Under the pieces are notes generated by a model. That model worked only from the letters and a program-made list of their open reading frames with translations, made no database searches and was not told the DNA's origin. From assembly GCA_002414225.1 (NCBI GenBank), contig DHYV01000019.1, forward strand, positions 54,907 through 118,906: a stretch of DNA of 64,000 nt, in the 5' to 3' direction. The position numbers and the translations under genes are program-made. The DNA is from Desulfobulbaceae bacterium UBA5121. Lineage in GTDB: Bacteria; Desulfobacterota; Desulfobulbia; Desulfobulbales; UBA5123. Of this stretch, positions 1 to 13,513 are shown piece after piece (positions within the stretch are counted from its first letter, which is position 1; each line of letters opens with the position of its first letter).

Positions 1-170
1 GGGTCCATTTCGAGATGACCGGTGATGACGTCACCGAGTGCACCGGCGGCGGCCGCGACATCAAGGACAGCGAACTCAGGCTCAACTACCAGACCAACTG
101 CGACCCGCGTCTGAACGCCGAGCAGAGTCTGGAGTTGGCCTTTCAGATCGCCGAGATGATCCGGGGGTGA
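1..170 (+). CDS. DAHP synthase, class II, C-terminal fragment (5' end lies outside the window)
   Basis: Frame 3 reads [55 protein letters not shown]. The TEC.GG, CDPRLN and QSLELAF blocks match the conserved C-terminus of class II 3-deoxy-7-phosphoheptulonate synthases. Confidence 0.7.
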   Translation, partial: VHFEMTGDDVTECTGGGRDIKDSELRLNYQTNCDPRLNAEQSLELAFQIAEMIRG

Positions 171-373
171 GGTAAGCGGTCACAGGGCACCGCATCTCCT
201 TTGTCATCAGCCTGTCCGCATACCTGATGTATAGCGGGCAGGCTTCTTCCGCGGATCTACGGCACCCTGCAACCGCTTACCAGTCGGGGGACCAGCGCGA
301 TTCGCGGGAGTCTTGCCCCGTGATCCGTTACCTTCAGCCGGACGGCTTTCGCAAGGTTGTTTCCGGATGGAAA

Positions 374-979
374 CTACGGCAGGGGCGGCAGCCCTGGCGG
401 CCCCTCCACCAGCATCTCGGCCAGGGTCTTGTTGACCTTGGGCAGCAGGTGGCGGCGGTGGCCGAGGAAGGCGACTTCCAGCGCCACCAGTTCACGGTAG
501 AACCCGGTGCGGTCCACGGTGGGGACGTCAGCGCGTTCCCCCACCAGCTCCTGACAGCGGAAGCAGCCGGGGAACTTCTGGCTCTGCCCGTCCGGCCGGG
601 TAAGCGAGGAGGGCACCCCGTGCATCCGGCAGATCATCAGCCGGTGGGCGTAAAGGGTGCAGAGTCCATCGTCGTTGAGCGGGCACATCACCTGGGGCCG
701 TTGTTCGCGGGCCAGGGCGCGTTCGCTCGCTTCCACGTATTCCTCGGCCCGGGCCACCAGTTGCCGTTGCCGTTCCTCCGGCAGTTCGTTCACCCCCTCC
801 CACAGGTAGGCCCACTCCACGTACGTATGGTGGCGGAAGTAGGAGTCGCAGCAGTTGTCCGGGCAGCCCTGGCAGGAAAAGTCGAGCTGGCGGGCCACAT
901 CGTCGTAGGCCGCTTCCATGCGGGCGTAAAGGTCGGCGAGCTGGGTGGCGATTTCGGGGGACAGGTGGGCGTTGGCCAT
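374..979 (-). CDS. YkgJ-family cysteine-cluster (CxxCxxCC) zinc/iron-chelating domain protein
   Basis: 201-aa ORF with CQGCPDNCC near the N-terminus and further Cys pairs (CPLNDDGLC, CRMH, CFRC). The overlapping ORFs on both strands are Arg/Pro-rich shadows. Confidence 0.8.
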   Translation of the reverse strand: MANAHLSPEIATQLADLYARMEAAYDDVARQLDFSCQGCPDNCCDSYFRHHTYVEWAYLWEGVNELPEERQRQLVARAEEYVEASERALAREQRPQVMCPLNDDGLCTLYAHRLMICRMHGVPSSLTRPDGQSQKFPGCFRCQELVGERADVPTVDRTGFYRELVALEVAFLGHRRHLLPKVNKTLAEMLVEGPPGLPPLP

Positions 980-1122
980 GGTGGTTCTCGTCAGGTAAGG
1001 AGTCTGTAAGGGATAGTGGATAGGGCAAACAGAATCCCCATGCGGAGAAGGCCCGTTGTCCTGACTGTAGTTGTTTCCCTAACCGGCCACAGTCTATCAA
1101 CCCAAAACGTTTAAAGGGGTCC

Positions 1123-2520
1123 ATGATACCCCATTGCGTGAAAATTGCAAAAGGAGCTGTCACCGTGTCGACTGCCATTCCCCCTTGTTTCAAAGCCTAT
1201 GACCTGCGCGGCCGGGTGCCGGACGAACTCGACGAGGCGCTGGCCTATCGCATCGGCCAGGCCTATGCGGCGGAACTCTCCCCCAGGCGGGTCGCCATCG
1301 GCCATGACATCCGGCTCTCCGGTCCGGCCCTGGCCACGTCCCTGGCCAGGGGCTTTACCGACGCCGGGGTCGAGGTGCTCGATCTCGGCCTCTGCGGCAC
1401 CGAGGAGATCTACTTCGCAGCCTTTCACCTGGAGATCGACGGCGGCATCATCGTCACCGCCAGTCACAACCCGGCCGAGTACAACGGCATGAAGTTCGTA
1501 CGTGAAGGCGCCCGGCCCATCTCCGGCGACACCGGTCTCCATGAGATCGCCCGGCGGGCGGTGACCGGCGGGCCGGTCCGGGCGGCCCGGCCCGGCACCG
1601 TCATTCCCTACGACAATCGCTCCGCCTATATCGATCACTTGCTGGGGTATGTGGATATGGGCCGGTTGAAGCCCTTGAAGCTGGTGGCCAACTGCGGCAA
1701 CGGCTGCGCCGGCCCGGTGGTGGCGGAGCTTGCCAAGCGGCTGCCCTTCTCCTTTGTCCTGCTCCAGGCTGAGCCCGACGGCAGCTTCCCCAACGGTGTG
1801 CCCAACCCCCTGCTTCCCGAGAATCGCGATGCCACGGCGCGCGCGGTGCGCGACCATGGTGCCGATATGGGCATTGCCTGGGATGGTGATTTCGACCGCT
1901 GTTTTCTCTTTGACGAGCAGGGCAACTTTATCGAAGGCTACTACATGGTGGGGCTGCTCGCCCAGGCGATCCTCGCCAAGCAGCCGGGGGCCAGGATCAT
2001 CCATGATCCGCGGTTGGTCTGGAATACCGTTGAGCTGGTGGAGCAGGCCGGCGGAGTGCCGGTGATGAGCAAGACCGGCCACGCCTTCATCAAGGAGCGG
2101 ATGCGGGCCGAGGACGCGGTGTACGGTGGCGAGATGAGCGCCCATCACTACTTCCGCGACTTTGCCTACTGCGACTCCGGGATGATCCCCTGGCTGCTCG
2201 CGGCGGAGATTCTGTCCACCTCCGGCAAGCCGCTTTCCCAACTGGTGAGCGACATGCTGGCCGCCTATCCGGTGAGCGGCGAGATCAACAGCCGGGTGGC
2301 GGACCCTGACGCGGTGATTGCCAAGGTGGAGGCATTTTACGCCGACACCCCGGGCGAGAAGGAGTACACCGACGGCCTGAGCTTTGCCGCCGAGCGCTTC
2401 CGCTTCAACATCCGTAAATCCAATACCGAGCCGGTGCTGCGGTTGAACGTCGAGACCCGCGGCGACCGCAAGCTTATGGAGGAGAAGACCGCCGAGCTGT
2501 TGGGGCTGATCCGGGGGTGA
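1123..2520 (+). CDS. phosphomannomutase/phosphoglucomutase
   Basis: 465-aa ORF with the active-site [13 protein letters not shown], the DGDFDR metal loop and GEMSAHHYF. An alternative GTG start at 1165 lies 8 nt after AAGGAG. Confidence 0.9.
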   Translation: MIPHCVKIAKGAVTVSTAIPPCFKAYDLRGRVPDELDEALAYRIGQAYAAELSPRRVAIGHDIRLSGPALATSLARGFTDAGVEVLDLGLCGTEEIYFAAFHLEIDGGIIVTASHNPAEYNGMKFVREGARPISGDTGLHEIARRAVTGGPVRAARPGTVIPYDNRSAYIDHLLGYVDMGRLKPLKLVANCGNGCAGPVVAELAKRLPFSFVLLQAEPDGSFPNGVPNPLLPENRDATARAVRDHGADMGIAWDGDFDRCFLFDEQGNFIEGYYMVGLLAQAILAKQPGARIIHDPRLVWNTVELVEQAGGVPVMSKTGHAFIKERMRAEDAVYGGEMSAHHYFRDFAYCDSGMIPWLLAAEILSTSGKPLSQLVSDMLAAYPVSGEINSRVADPDAVIAKVEAFYADTPGEKEYTDGLSFAAERFRFNIRKSNTEPVLRLNVETRGDRKLMEEKTAELLGLIRG

Positions 2521-2907
2521 TGTTTGCCGGGGAGGGCGCTTCGCGGCAAAGAGGGTTGTCTCCTTCCGCCGGGTGCCATGGCGGTTGGCAGGCATCGTTG
2601 GCAATGGACCGTTGGCGTCACTCATCACCACTACCGCCAACCGCCAGGCGCGGCAATTCCGTCTTGGGGCGCGGCAGGCGTACATCGTGAAGCTATCGTT
2701 GCATTAGGCTTGCCAAGCTTGTTTTCCGGGCTCGCTGCGGTCTGCGTTCTTCCCCTCCATCGGCAGGGCGCGGCGCTGGTCGTCTTGAATCCTTGACGCT
2801 TGGCCTTGTTTCGAATAAAGATGTGCCTTTCTCTGTCGGAAAAAGAAGCAGTTGGCCTCCAAGAAAGACGGCCGCTGCCACCACCAACATAGTTTTAAGG
2901 AAGGAAG

Positions 2908-5133
<2,226 letters not shown>

Positions 5134-5240
5134 TTGCACCTTTGCTCTGAGTCAGAGGCCGGATGACGAACAAACCGGCTTGCCTTGGGCGTCTCTGGAC
5201 AGGCGCAGGCATGGCTAGCCCAACAATCGCGTTCCGCTGA

Positions 5241-5288
5241 AAAAAACGGCCGGGATCGGGACCTCCCTTGATCCCGGCCGTTTTTTTG
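5241..5288 (+). terminator. rho-independent terminator after icd
   Basis: Stem acggccgggatc / gatcccggccgt with a 12-nt loop, followed by a T7 run. Confidence 0.7.
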
Positions 5289-5345
5289 TGATAGGAATAA
5301 TTAAATTTTAGGTTACTATTGTTAAGTTTTTTGTTAGATTCTTTA

Positions 5346-5374
5346 TTGACATGCCCGGAATGTTTGAGTAATGC
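5346..5374 (+). promoter_or_regulatory. candidate sigma70 promoter for the outer-membrane protein gene
   Basis: TTGACA (5346-5351), a 17-nt spacer, then TAATGC (5369-5374), inside an AT-rich spacer. Confidence 0.35.
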
Positions 5375-5624
5375 TAAGGCCAATCCTGTGTTTACAGTCT
5401 GGTAGGACATAAGTTTAGGCGGGAGGTTTCTTTGTAGTTCTCCATGGGAAGACATGGGTGTGGAGTGTTCGCGATGGCGCCGGCTGACGGCGTTGGGAAT
5501 GCTGCCTCCTTTAGAAAAAAAGGATTGTTCCGTTGTGACGGCTACGAGGCTGTCGCGAGCGAAGGGGATTGCTTGGGGCGATCTCCGAATATGACACCAA
5601 CTGTTTACTGTAGGAGGAAAAGAG

Positions 5625-7574
5625 ATGGTGAAAAAAATTTCAATCCTGGCCCTGGCTGGCCTCATAGCCCTGCCGGGAGCCGCGCTGGCCGCCAGCAACG
5701 CTGATCTTGAGGCCAAGATCGCGGAGCTGACTCGCCAGCTGCAAGAACTCAAGGCCCAGGTGCAGGCCAATCAGGATACTGTTTCGGCGATAGACGAAAA
5801 GTCTGAAAAATGGGATCTTGCCTCTCGGATTCAGATCAGCGGTGACGCTCGTTCTCGCCTGGATTACATGAGCGCGGAATCACCGAGTTATTTTACCGCC
5901 CTGAACGTGGGCGCCGGGGTAGCGGATGTCTTGAATGCCGGGGCGGCCTTCCCGACCCTGCTTGGCGATTTTGGCATGTCCGCCTCTACTCCCCTTTCCG
6001 CAATGCTGGCCGGGCTGCCGGGGACACCGACGGCATTTGCCACCGCCGCCCAAGTTGACAACGACGGCAACGGTTCCGCCCTTACCGCCAAGCAGGCCAA
6101 CGACCTCGCTGCCATCTTCTACAATCCCGAGGTCGGCGCCATGTTGGCGTCCATGCCGGCGGGTACCACCGTTGGCGACATTGCGTCCAGTTTTGCCAAC
6201 GCCCAGTCGTTGGTTGGTTTCATGAAAAACTTAAGCCCTTCGGCCCGGAAGACGGTGTTCAGCGCCCTTACCGGCGGCTATACGCCACAGGCGGCGGCTG
6301 ATCAGGACAACGACACCATTTGGACCACCAGGCTGCGTTTGAACCTGCGCGCCCAGGCCACCGAGAATGTCGAGTTCAAGGGCCGTTTGGCCATGTACAA
6401 GGCCTGGGGCATGCAAAGCGATCCGGTGGACGAACAGTACAATGCCGGGAACGGCGGCGGTCCCTTCATGCTGAGTTCCATGTCCGGCATGGACGGTGCA
6501 ACCACCCGTCAGCCCCAGGACAACGTCCTGCGGGTTGACCGTGCCTTTGTTAACTGGAACAACATCGGCGGTTTGCCGATCTGGTTTTCCATCGGCCGTC
6601 GGCCTACCTCTGACGGTCCCCCGGCCCAGCTGCGCATGGGCATGGACGCCCGCATGGCAACCCCGGTGGAATACATGGATTATCCCTTCGACGGTATTTC
6701 CGTGGGGTATGCATATCGGAGCCTCTTCGGCATCGAGGATTTCCCCGGCCGGATCCGGTTCTGCTATGGGCGTGGCTTCGAGGCTGGTCCGACCCAGGAC
6801 AACACCGGCATCAACGACACCGATTTCGCCGGCGTGAGCTGGGATATCTACAAGAAGGGCGACCGTTTTGCCAATATCCAGTCATTCCTGGCCATGAACA
6901 TGTTTAACGTGCCGGACGGCGTGACCTTCACCAACCCCCTTGAGTATGCGTTCTGGAAGATCGACAACACCCAGTACGACCCCCTGGATCCGAGCAAGAA
7001 TCTGATTCTTGACCGTGCCAATCTTGGTGATATCTGGCATACCAGTGGCGTCTATATGGACAAGATTAACAATCTCAACTACTTCGTTGTCGGTGGCTGG
7101 AGCCGCACCAACCCCCGCGGGGTTGACGAACTGGGCACCGGTCTCCTTTCCTCTTGGTGGGATCCCAACTATCTGGATGACAAAAACGGTTACTCATTCT
7201 ATGCCGGTCTCCGCTACGATATGCCGGATGCGCCGTTCAAGCTCGGTCTGGAGTACAACTGGGGCTCCAAGTACTGGATCTCCTTTACCCCGGGGCATGA
7301 TGATCTCTATGCCTCCAAGCTTGCCACCCGCGGTAACGTCTACGAGGCTTACGTGATCTGGGATATCCCGGCCGGCGAGGCGGTTTCCAAGTACGGCAAG
7401 GCATTCATGCGCCTCGGCTATCAGCATTACGACTACAACTACACCGGCAGCGGCTTCTGGCTCGGCGAGCCCCTCGATATCGACCAGCTGGCCAACGATC
7501 CGCTTAATGCCCAGTTCTATACCCCGATTGAAAACATGGATCAGGTCTACCTCACCTTTGAGGCTGCTTTCTAA
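5625..7574 (+). CDS. outer-membrane beta-barrel protein with N-terminal coiled coil (possibly DUF3373-like)
   Basis: AGGAGG RBS; signal peptide MVKKISILALAGLIALPGAALAA; heptad-like AKIAELTRQLQELKAQVQ; aromatic/Gly-rich alternating strands; C-terminal ...YLTFEAAF with a terminal Phe as in OMPs. Confidence 0.8.
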   Translation: MVKKISILALAGLIALPGAALAASNADLEAKIAELTRQLQELKAQVQANQDTVSAIDEKSEKWDLASRIQISGDARSRLDYMSAESPSYFTALNVGAGVADVLNAGAAFPTLLGDFGMSASTPLSAMLAGLPGTPTAFATAAQVDNDGNGSALTAKQANDLAAIFYNPEVGAMLASMPAGTTVGDIASSFANAQSLVGFMKNLSPSARKTVFSALTGGYTPQAAADQDNDTIWTTRLRLNLRAQATENVEFKGRLAMYKAWGMQSDPVDEQYNAGNGGGPFMLSSMSGMDGATTRQPQDNVLRVDRAFVNWNNIGGLPIWFSIGRRPTSDGPPAQLRMGMDARMATPVEYMDYPFDGISVGYAYRSLFGIEDFPGRIRFCYGRGFEAGPTQDNTGINDTDFAGVSWDIYKKGDRFANIQSFLAMNMFNVPDGVTFTNPLEYAFWKIDNTQYDPLDPSKNLILDRANLGDIWHTSGVYMDKINNLNYFVVGGWSRTNPRGVDELGTGLLSSWWDPNYLDDKNGYSFYAGLRYDMPDAPFKLGLEYNWGSKYWISFTPGHDDLYASKLATRGNVYEAYVIWDIPAGEAVSKYGKAFMRLGYQHYDYNYTGSGFWLGEPLDIDQLANDPLNAQFYTPIENMDQVYLTFEAAF

Positions 7575-7626
7575 TAATTGCCAGGTCGGGTGAGGCATAG
7601 CCAGTCACCCCAAAGGCGACAGACAG

Positions 7627-7670
7627 CAAAAAAGCTAGCAAAGCCCACGCGCTTTGCTAGCTTTTTTTTT
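7627..7670. terminator. bidirectional rho-independent terminator between convergent genes
   Basis: A-run, then agctagcaaagc-ccacgc-gctttgctagct, then a T9 run. Confidence 0.7.
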
Positions 7671-7704
7671 GGGGGAAGAGAGGCCGAATTCCCGATGTCG
7701 GCGT

Positions 7705-8472
7705 TTAGCCACCATCCTCCGGAGCCAGGGCGGCCCGCAGAAACTCGCGGTTGAGCCGGGCGATGTTGGCGAGCGAGATCTGCTTGGGGCAGGCGGCAGC
7801 ACAGGCACCGACGTTGGTGCAGTTGCCAAAGCCCGCTCCGTCCATGGCGGCCACCATGGTGCGGACGCGACTTGTCCGTTCGGGTTCGCCCTGGGGGAGG
7901 AGCGCGAGATGGGAAACCTTGGCGGCGGCAAAGAGCATGGCCGCGGCGTTGGGGCAGGCGGCCACACAGGCGCCGCAGCCGATGCACTGGGCCGCGTCCA
8001 GGGCCTGCTCCGCCCGAGCGGCCGGCACGGGAATGGAGTTGGCCTCTGGCGCGCCGCCGGTGTTCACCGAGATATAGCCGCCGCTGATGAGGATGGCGTC
8101 AAGGCTGGTACGGTCCACAACCAAATCCCTGACGATGGGGAAGGCGCGCGCCCGGAAGGGCTCGATGACGATGGTCTGCCGGTCCTTGAAGTGGCGCAGG
8201 TGGAGCTGGCAGAGGGTGGTGGCCGGCTGCGGGCCGTGGGGCTCGCCGTTGACCACTGCGCCGCACATGCCGCAGATGCCCTCCCGGCAGTCGTGGTCAA
8301 ATGCTACCGGCGTCTTGCCGGCCAGGGTCAGCTCCTCGTTCAATACATCCAGCATTTCGAGGAACGACAGGTCGGTGGAAATCGGCCCAATCCGGTGGGT
8401 TTCGAAGCGGCCCGGAGCCTCGGGGCCGGTCTGGCGCCAGATCTTCAAGGTCAGAGTGATGGAGCGGCTCAC
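7705..8472 (-). CDS. sdhB: succinate dehydrogenase/fumarate reductase iron-sulfur subunit
   Basis: 255 aa with [10 protein letters not shown] (2Fe-2S), [12 protein letters not shown] and [12 protein letters not shown] ferredoxin motifs. 4-nt overlap with sdhA. Confidence 0.95.
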   Translation of the reverse strand: MSRSITLTLKIWRQTGPEAPGRFETHRIGPISTDLSFLEMLDVLNEELTLAGKTPVAFDHDCREGICGMCGAVVNGEPHGPQPATTLCQLHLRHFKDRQTIVIEPFRARAFPIVRDLVVDRTSLDAILISGGYISVNTGGAPEANSIPVPAARAEQALDAAQCIGCGACVAACPNAAAMLFAAAKVSHLALLPQGEPERTSRVRTMVAAMDGAGFGNCTNVGACAAACPKQISLANIARLNREFLRAALAPEDGG

Positions 8473-10382
8473 TTGTAGTTCCTCCGGCTTAAGTGCACGT
8501 TTTCAAAGGCAAGCGGCTCCACATGGCGCCGGGGCGTGACGTCCTCGCCCGCATACTCCCAGGCCGCCACATGGGCGTAGTTGGCGTCGTCGCGCAGCGC
8601 CTCGTTCTCCTCGGTCTGGCTCTCTTCGCGAAAATGGCAACCGCAGGACTCCCGCCGTGCCAGGGCGTCACAGACCATCAGCTCGGCAAACTCCAAATAA
8701 TCGGCCACCCGGCCGGCTCGTTCCAGGGACTGGTTCAATTCTTCCTTGCCGCCAGGGATCAAAACATTTCCCCAAAACGCGTCCCGGATGGCGGCTAGCC
8801 GCGCCAATGCCTCGCGCAGTCCCGCCTCGTTGCGGGCCATGCCGCAACGGTCCCAGAGCAGGAGCCCTAGCTCGCGGTGGAAGTCGTCCACGCTCCGCCT
8901 CCCCTTGATGCCGAGGAGGCGGGTAAGCCGGGTCGCGGCCTGAACTTCGGCGTCGGCAAAGGCCGGGTGGTCTGGATCGGGGTGCTGGCCGCCGGTTTCG
9001 GCAAGATAGGCGCCAATGGTGGGCGGCAGAATGAAATACCCGTCGGCGAGTCCCTGCATCAGGGCGCTCGCCCCTAACCTGTTGGCGCCGTGGTCGGAGA
9101 AGTTGGCCTCACCCAGGGCAAAGAGGCCGGGGACGGTGGTCATCAGGTTGTAGTCCACCCACAGGCCGCCCATGGTGTAGTGGACCGCCGGCGAGATCAT
9201 CATCGGTTCCCGAGTGGGATCCACACCGGTGATCCGTTCGTACATTTCGAAGAGGTTGCCGTACTTCTTGTCGATCACCGTTCTGCCGTCGCGCTGGATG
9301 GCGTCGGCTAAGTCGAGGTAGACGGCAAGCCCCGATTCCCCGACCCCCTTGAAGAGGTCACACTGTGCCTTGGCGTTGCGAGAGGCTACGTCCCGAGGCA
9401 CCAGATTGCCGAAGCTCGGGTACCGTTCCTCGAGATAGTAGTCCCGCTCCGCCTCCGGGATTTGGGCGGGTGGCCTCCGGTCGCCGGATTTCCTGGGCAC
9501 CCAGACCCTGCCGTCGTTGCGCAGGCTCTCGCTCATCAAGGTGAGCTTGGACTGGCCGGCGCCATGTACCGGGATACAGGTGGGATGAATCTGCACGAAA
9601 CAGGGGTTGGCGAACCAGGCCCCTTTTTTGTAGGCCCTGAAGGCGGCGGTGACGTTGGAGGCCCGGGCGTTGGTGGAGAGGCAGTAGACGTTGCCGTAGC
9701 CGCCGGTGGCGAGCACCACCGCGTGGGCGGCGTGGCGCGTCATGCGGCCGCTGATCAGGTCGCGGGTGACTATGCCGCTGGCCCGGCCTTCCGCCACTAC
9801 CAGATCGAGCATCTCGTGGCGGGGGTAGATGGTGATCCGCCCCTGGCGGACCTGGCGGAGAAGGGCGCCATGGGCGCCCAGCAGCAGCTGCTGGCCGGTC
9901 TGGCCCCTGGCGTAGAAGGTCCGGGAGACTTGCGCGCCGCCAAAGGAGCGGTTGGCTAACCCGCCGCCGTACTCGCGGGCAAAGGGTACCCCCTGGGCCA
10001 CGCAGTGGTCGATAATGCGGTTGCTAAGTTGGGCGAGCCGGTAGACGTTGGCCTCCCGGGCCCGAAAGTCGCCGCCCTTTACGGTGTCGTGAAACAGGCG
10101 ATAAATCGAGTCGCCGTCGTTACAGTAATTCTTGGCAGCGTTGATGCCGCCTTGGGCGGCGATGCTGTGGCCGCGCCGGGGCGAGTCCTGGAGGCAGAAG
10201 ACCTTGACCCGGTAACCCAGTTCGGCAAGCGATGCCGCCGCCGAGGCCCCTGCAAGCCCGGCCCCCACCACGATGATCTCGTAGCGCCTGCGGTTGGCCG
10301 GAGCCATGAGCCGGCAGCGGGCCAAGTGGTTGTCCCACTTGTCGGCCAGGGGGCCATCAGGGATTTTTGCATCAAGGAGCAT
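8469..10382 (-). CDS. sdhA: succinate dehydrogenase/fumarate reductase flavoprotein subunit
   Basis: 637 aa with the FAD-binding [24 protein letters not shown] (FAD-attachment His region) and HYTMGGL. Confidence 0.95.
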   Translation of the reverse strand: MLLDAKIPDGPLADKWDNHLARCRLMAPANRRRYEIIVVGAGLAGASAAASLAELGYRVKVFCLQDSPRRGHSIAAQGGINAAKNYCNDGDSIYRLFHDTVKGGDFRAREANVYRLAQLSNRIIDHCVAQGVPFAREYGGGLANRSFGGAQVSRTFYARGQTGQQLLLGAHGALLRQVRQGRITIYPRHEMLDLVVAEGRASGIVTRDLISGRMTRHAAHAVVLATGGYGNVYCLSTNARASNVTAAFRAYKKGAWFANPCFVQIHPTCIPVHGAGQSKLTLMSESLRNDGRVWVPRKSGDRRPPAQIPEAERDYYLEERYPSFGNLVPRDVASRNAKAQCDLFKGVGESGLAVYLDLADAIQRDGRTVIDKKYGNLFEMYERITGVDPTREPMMISPAVHYTMGGLWVDYNLMTTVPGLFALGEANFSDHGANRLGASALMQGLADGYFILPPTIGAYLAETGGQHPDPDHPAFADAEVQAATRLTRLLGIKGRRSVDDFHRELGLLLWDRCGMARNEAGLREALARLAAIRDAFWGNVLIPGGKEELNQSLERAGRVADYLEFAELMVCDALARRESCGCHFREESQTEENEALRDDANYAHVAAWEYAGEDVTPRRHVEPLAFENVHLSRRNYK

Positions 10383-10385
10383 GGC

Positions 10386-11036
10386 TCACCGGAGAAAATT
10401 CGGGTTGAGGAGACAGAGAATCGGGATCAGTCCCAGAAGCACGGCCAGGGCCAGGCTGAAGCCCATGGCCCCGCTCTTGAGCCAAGGGGAGAGCTTTGGG
10501 TGATCAATCCCCAGGGTCTGCCAGATGCTCCATAGGCCGTGGTTTGCGTGAAGAGCGAGAGTTGCCACGCCGGCGAGGTAGAGCACCGCGTTGGCCGGTT
10601 GGGCGAGGGTCGCGCGGAGCAGGTCGGGCAGGGGCAGGTCGGGTGGGGCAAGGCGAAAGCGGAGCAGGTGGAAGACGAGAAAGAGGAGAAGCAGGAGCCC
10701 TGAATAGGGCATGGTGCGGGCGGCCAGGGAGGTGGCGCTAGGGCAGCGGTGGACCTCGTAGCGGCATGGTCGGGCGGCGCGATTTTCGAGAAAGAGGAGA
10801 AGGCCGGTGCCGATGTGGACCAGGAAGACGGCGGCGAGGAGGAGTTCAAGAACCGGAACCAGTGGTCCCAACGCGTGAAGGTGACCGGCGTAGTTGAGCA
10901 GCGCCTCGCGGCCCTGATAGGAAAAACTGTTGCCCAAGGCGTGGATTAGGACGAAGAAGGCAAGAATGGCACCGCTTGCGGCCATTACCGCCTTTTTGCC
11001 GATGGAGGAGGAAAGGGTCCGGGAGAGCCAGGCCAC
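10386..11036 (-). CDS. sdhC: succinate dehydrogenase/fumarate reductase cytochrome b subunit (b558-type, five-helix)
   Basis: SSIGKKAVMAASG...HALGN N-terminal block and multiple TM helices with His residues. A GTG at 11036 with GAGG 6 nt upstream gives about 216 aa. The track ORF extends to an ATG at 11111. Confidence 0.85.
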   Translation of the reverse strand: MAWLSRTLSSSIGKKAVMAASGAILAFFVLIHALGNSFSYQGREALLNYAGHLHALGPLVPVLELLLAAVFLVHIGTGLLLFLENRAARPCRYEVHRCPSATSLAARTMPYSGLLLLLFLVFHLLRFRLAPPDLPLPDLLRATLAQPANAVLYLAGVATLALHANHGLWSIWQTLGIDHPKLSPWLKSGAMGFSLALAVLLGLIPILCLLNPNFLR

Positions 11037-11181
11037 GGGAAACCTCGGAGTCTTGAGTGAGAGAACGGTGGTGCAGTCGGTTGACGTCGCTGGCACCGGC
11101 AACACATGCACGTTGGCTCGATTTCAGCTTAGTGAATAACTCCCAAAATTTGTAGCATATTTCGCTGGGGCGGGCATGGCC

Positions 11182-13017
11182 TTAGTGGCTTTTTTTGCCG
11201 CCCCGGTGCCTGGCCTGCTTGGTCTTGGCCGGTGCGGCGGCCTGGCTTCCGGTGCCTGGCGGCCGTAACCGGGAACGGCCCATCCCGGGCTGATGTTGTG
11301 GCGTCTGGTGGCTGATCGCTTCGAGCTGCTGCCGCTGGGCGCGGCGCTCGTTGGCAGAGCGGGCCACGAAGAGGGGGGTGCCGTGGTCCCGGTCGCGGCC
11401 GCTCACGTACATGGCGGTGGCCATGGTGCCCGGGGTGGGGGTGAAGTCCTGGAACTGGCGCACCGGCAGATTAAGAAGGCGCACGGTTTCGGCGAGTCTG
11501 GCCATGGCCGCCTCGGTGCAGCCGGGGTGGGAGGCGATGAAGTAAGGGGTGAGATGGATGTCGCGGCCTGCCTCGCGGCCGACGGTGCGGCAGGCCGCGA
11601 CAAACTCGGCGAGCACCGCCGAGCCCGGCTTGTGCATCAGCCGGAGCACTTCGGGGTCGGCGTGCTCCGGCGCGATTTTCATCGCGCCGGGGGTGTGGGC
11701 GAGGAGGATTTTGCGGAGCAGCGCCGGTGTTTTGAGGAGAAGCTCCATGCGCAGCCCCGAGGAGACGAAGAGGTGCTTCACTCCCGGGATGGCGGCGGCC
11801 GCGTCGAGGAGGTCGGCCAGGGCGTTCTCGTCGATCACAAGCTGGCGACAGACCTCGGGGTAGAGGCAGTCGTGGCGTTTGCAGGCCGTGCTCGTCCGGC
11901 AGGAGGTGCCGTAGAGGTTCGCGGTGGGGCCGCCCAAATCGCTCACCGTGCCCCGGAAGTCCGGCATCTTGGCCACCTCGGCCACCTCGGAGAGCACCGA
12001 CTCGGGGCTGCGGCAGGTAACCACCGGTCCCTGGTGGCGAGCAATGGCACAGAAGGAACAGTTGCCGCAGCAGCCCCGGACGATGGTGAGCGAGTGGCGG
12101 ATCATCTCGTAGGCCGGCACCCGGCCGGCCGCTGGATGGGGGGCGCGCACATAGGGCAGGGCGTAGAGGCGGTCGAGTTCGGCAGTGGCGAGCGGGGCGG
12201 CCGGCCGGTGCTGGATCACCCACACTGCCTGCTGACGCTGGACAATGGGGGCGGCAGCCAGGGCTCGGGCCGCGCGATCGACGGTCTGTTCGGCGTCGAG
12301 AAAAAAATTCGGCTCGGCCTGGAGCGTCTGCCAGTCGGGGAGGAGCACCGGCTCGGCCAGGGCGCGTTCGGCATACTCCCGGTCGGTGAGCCGTTCGCAG
12401 GTGCCAGGGATACCGCTGAGACCTTTTCCCGCGGCCAGCCGTTGGGCGATCTCCACCACGGCCCGCTCACCCATCCCGTAGACCAGCAGATCCGCCTTGG
12501 CGTCGGCCAGCGCCGACTGGCGGAGCTTGCCCTGCTGGTAGTCGTAGTGGACGAAGCGGCGTAGCGACGCCTCCAGGCCGCCAAGGACAATGGGGGTGGA
12601 GCGGGCTGCGGCCCGGGCCAGGTTGGCGTAGCGGATCACCGCCCGGTCGGGTCGGCGCCGCTCCTCCTTGGCTTTGATGGTGCCGAAGTAGGGCGAGCCG
12701 TCGGGCGAGTAGTCATCGCGGTCCCGCACCTTGGCATTGCCCGAGTAGTTGGCGACGATGGAGTCCAGATTGCCGGCGGTGATGCCGTAGAAAAGGCGTG
12801 GCGGGCCGAAGCGCAGGAAGTCGTCGGGTCGGTCGTGGCGTGGCTGGGCGAGAATGGCCACCCGGAAGCCGTGGGCTTCAAGCCAGCGACCGAGAAGGGC
12901 CACCCCGAAGGAGGGGTGATCGACATAGGCGTCGCCGGTAACCAAGACGACGTCCGCTGCCTGCCAGCCGCGAGCGGCCATCTCCTCCATGCTGGCGGGT
13001 AGAAAGGGGCGGCTCAT
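11182..13017 (-). CDS. ygiQ: YgiQ-family radical SAM protein (UPF0313)
   Basis: 611 aa. N-terminus LVTGDAYVDHPSFGVALLGRWLE; radical-SAM cluster CCGNCSFC; Lys/Arg-rich C-terminal tail. Confidence 0.9.
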   Translation of the reverse strand: MSRPFLPASMEEMAARGWQAADVVLVTGDAYVDHPSFGVALLGRWLEAHGFRVAILAQPRHDRPDDFLRFGPPRLFYGITAGNLDSIVANYSGNAKVRDRDDYSPDGSPYFGTIKAKEERRRPDRAVIRYANLARAAARSTPIVLGGLEASLRRFVHYDYQQGKLRQSALADAKADLLVYGMGERAVVEIAQRLAAGKGLSGIPGTCERLTDREYAERALAEPVLLPDWQTLQAEPNFFLDAEQTVDRAARALAAAPIVQRQQAVWVIQHRPAAPLATAELDRLYALPYVRAPHPAAGRVPAYEMIRHSLTIVRGCCGNCSFCAIARHQGPVVTCRSPESVLSEVAEVAKMPDFRGTVSDLGGPTANLYGTSCRTSTACKRHDCLYPEVCRQLVIDENALADLLDAAAAIPGVKHLFVSSGLRMELLLKTPALLRKILLAHTPGAMKIAPEHADPEVLRLMHKPGSAVLAEFVAACRTVGREAGRDIHLTPYFIASHPGCTEAAMARLAETVRLLNLPVRQFQDFTPTPGTMATAMYVSGRDRDHGTPLFVARSANERRAQRQQLEAISHQTPQHQPGMGRSRLRPPGTGSQAAAPAKTKQARHRGGKKSH

Positions 13018-13513
13018 GGCTGGCGGCGGGGAATGGGGAAGGCGATGATCTGCATGGCTTCAACATAGCCAAAAGCTGCCAGGTCGGCAAGGGAACTGCA
13101 TGGTATGGGGCTGTTTGCCCGAGCGGTCAGTGGCCCACCTGTGAAGGTGGTGCCTATCGTGTCTGCGGAGTGCGTGTCAGTGATGGCTTTAAACGGGTGG
13201 CATGACTGTTCTTCGGTCATGACCGGTGTCATCCTGGCTGACGAGCCGGCTTCTTTTCCATGGTGAAGGGCGTTATTATGTCGGAATGGAGCAAAAAAGA
13301 AGATTAAAAAAATCTTGCTTTTTTTGAAGGGAGGTGATTGTATGATTTATTGCTTTAGAGTTTGTGTAGTAGATCCACCAAATGGTCAGCCAGCGAAAAC
13401 GCCGCACGACCTTGTGGAAGGTTGCTGCGGCCTTTTTTGTTCGGCTGTTGGATCCTGCACAGGAAATGCCTCCCGGTTGGGGGCAAGAATCAGCGAAACA
13501 TGAGGATTAGGAC

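Noticed and set aside
1111-2685. 524-aa ORF antisense to the phosphomannomutase gene
   Set aside because: Arg/Gly/Pro/His-rich low-complexity text with no motifs. It is the typical shadow ORF of GC-rich DNA, whereas the plus-strand ORF has clear PMM/PGM motifs.
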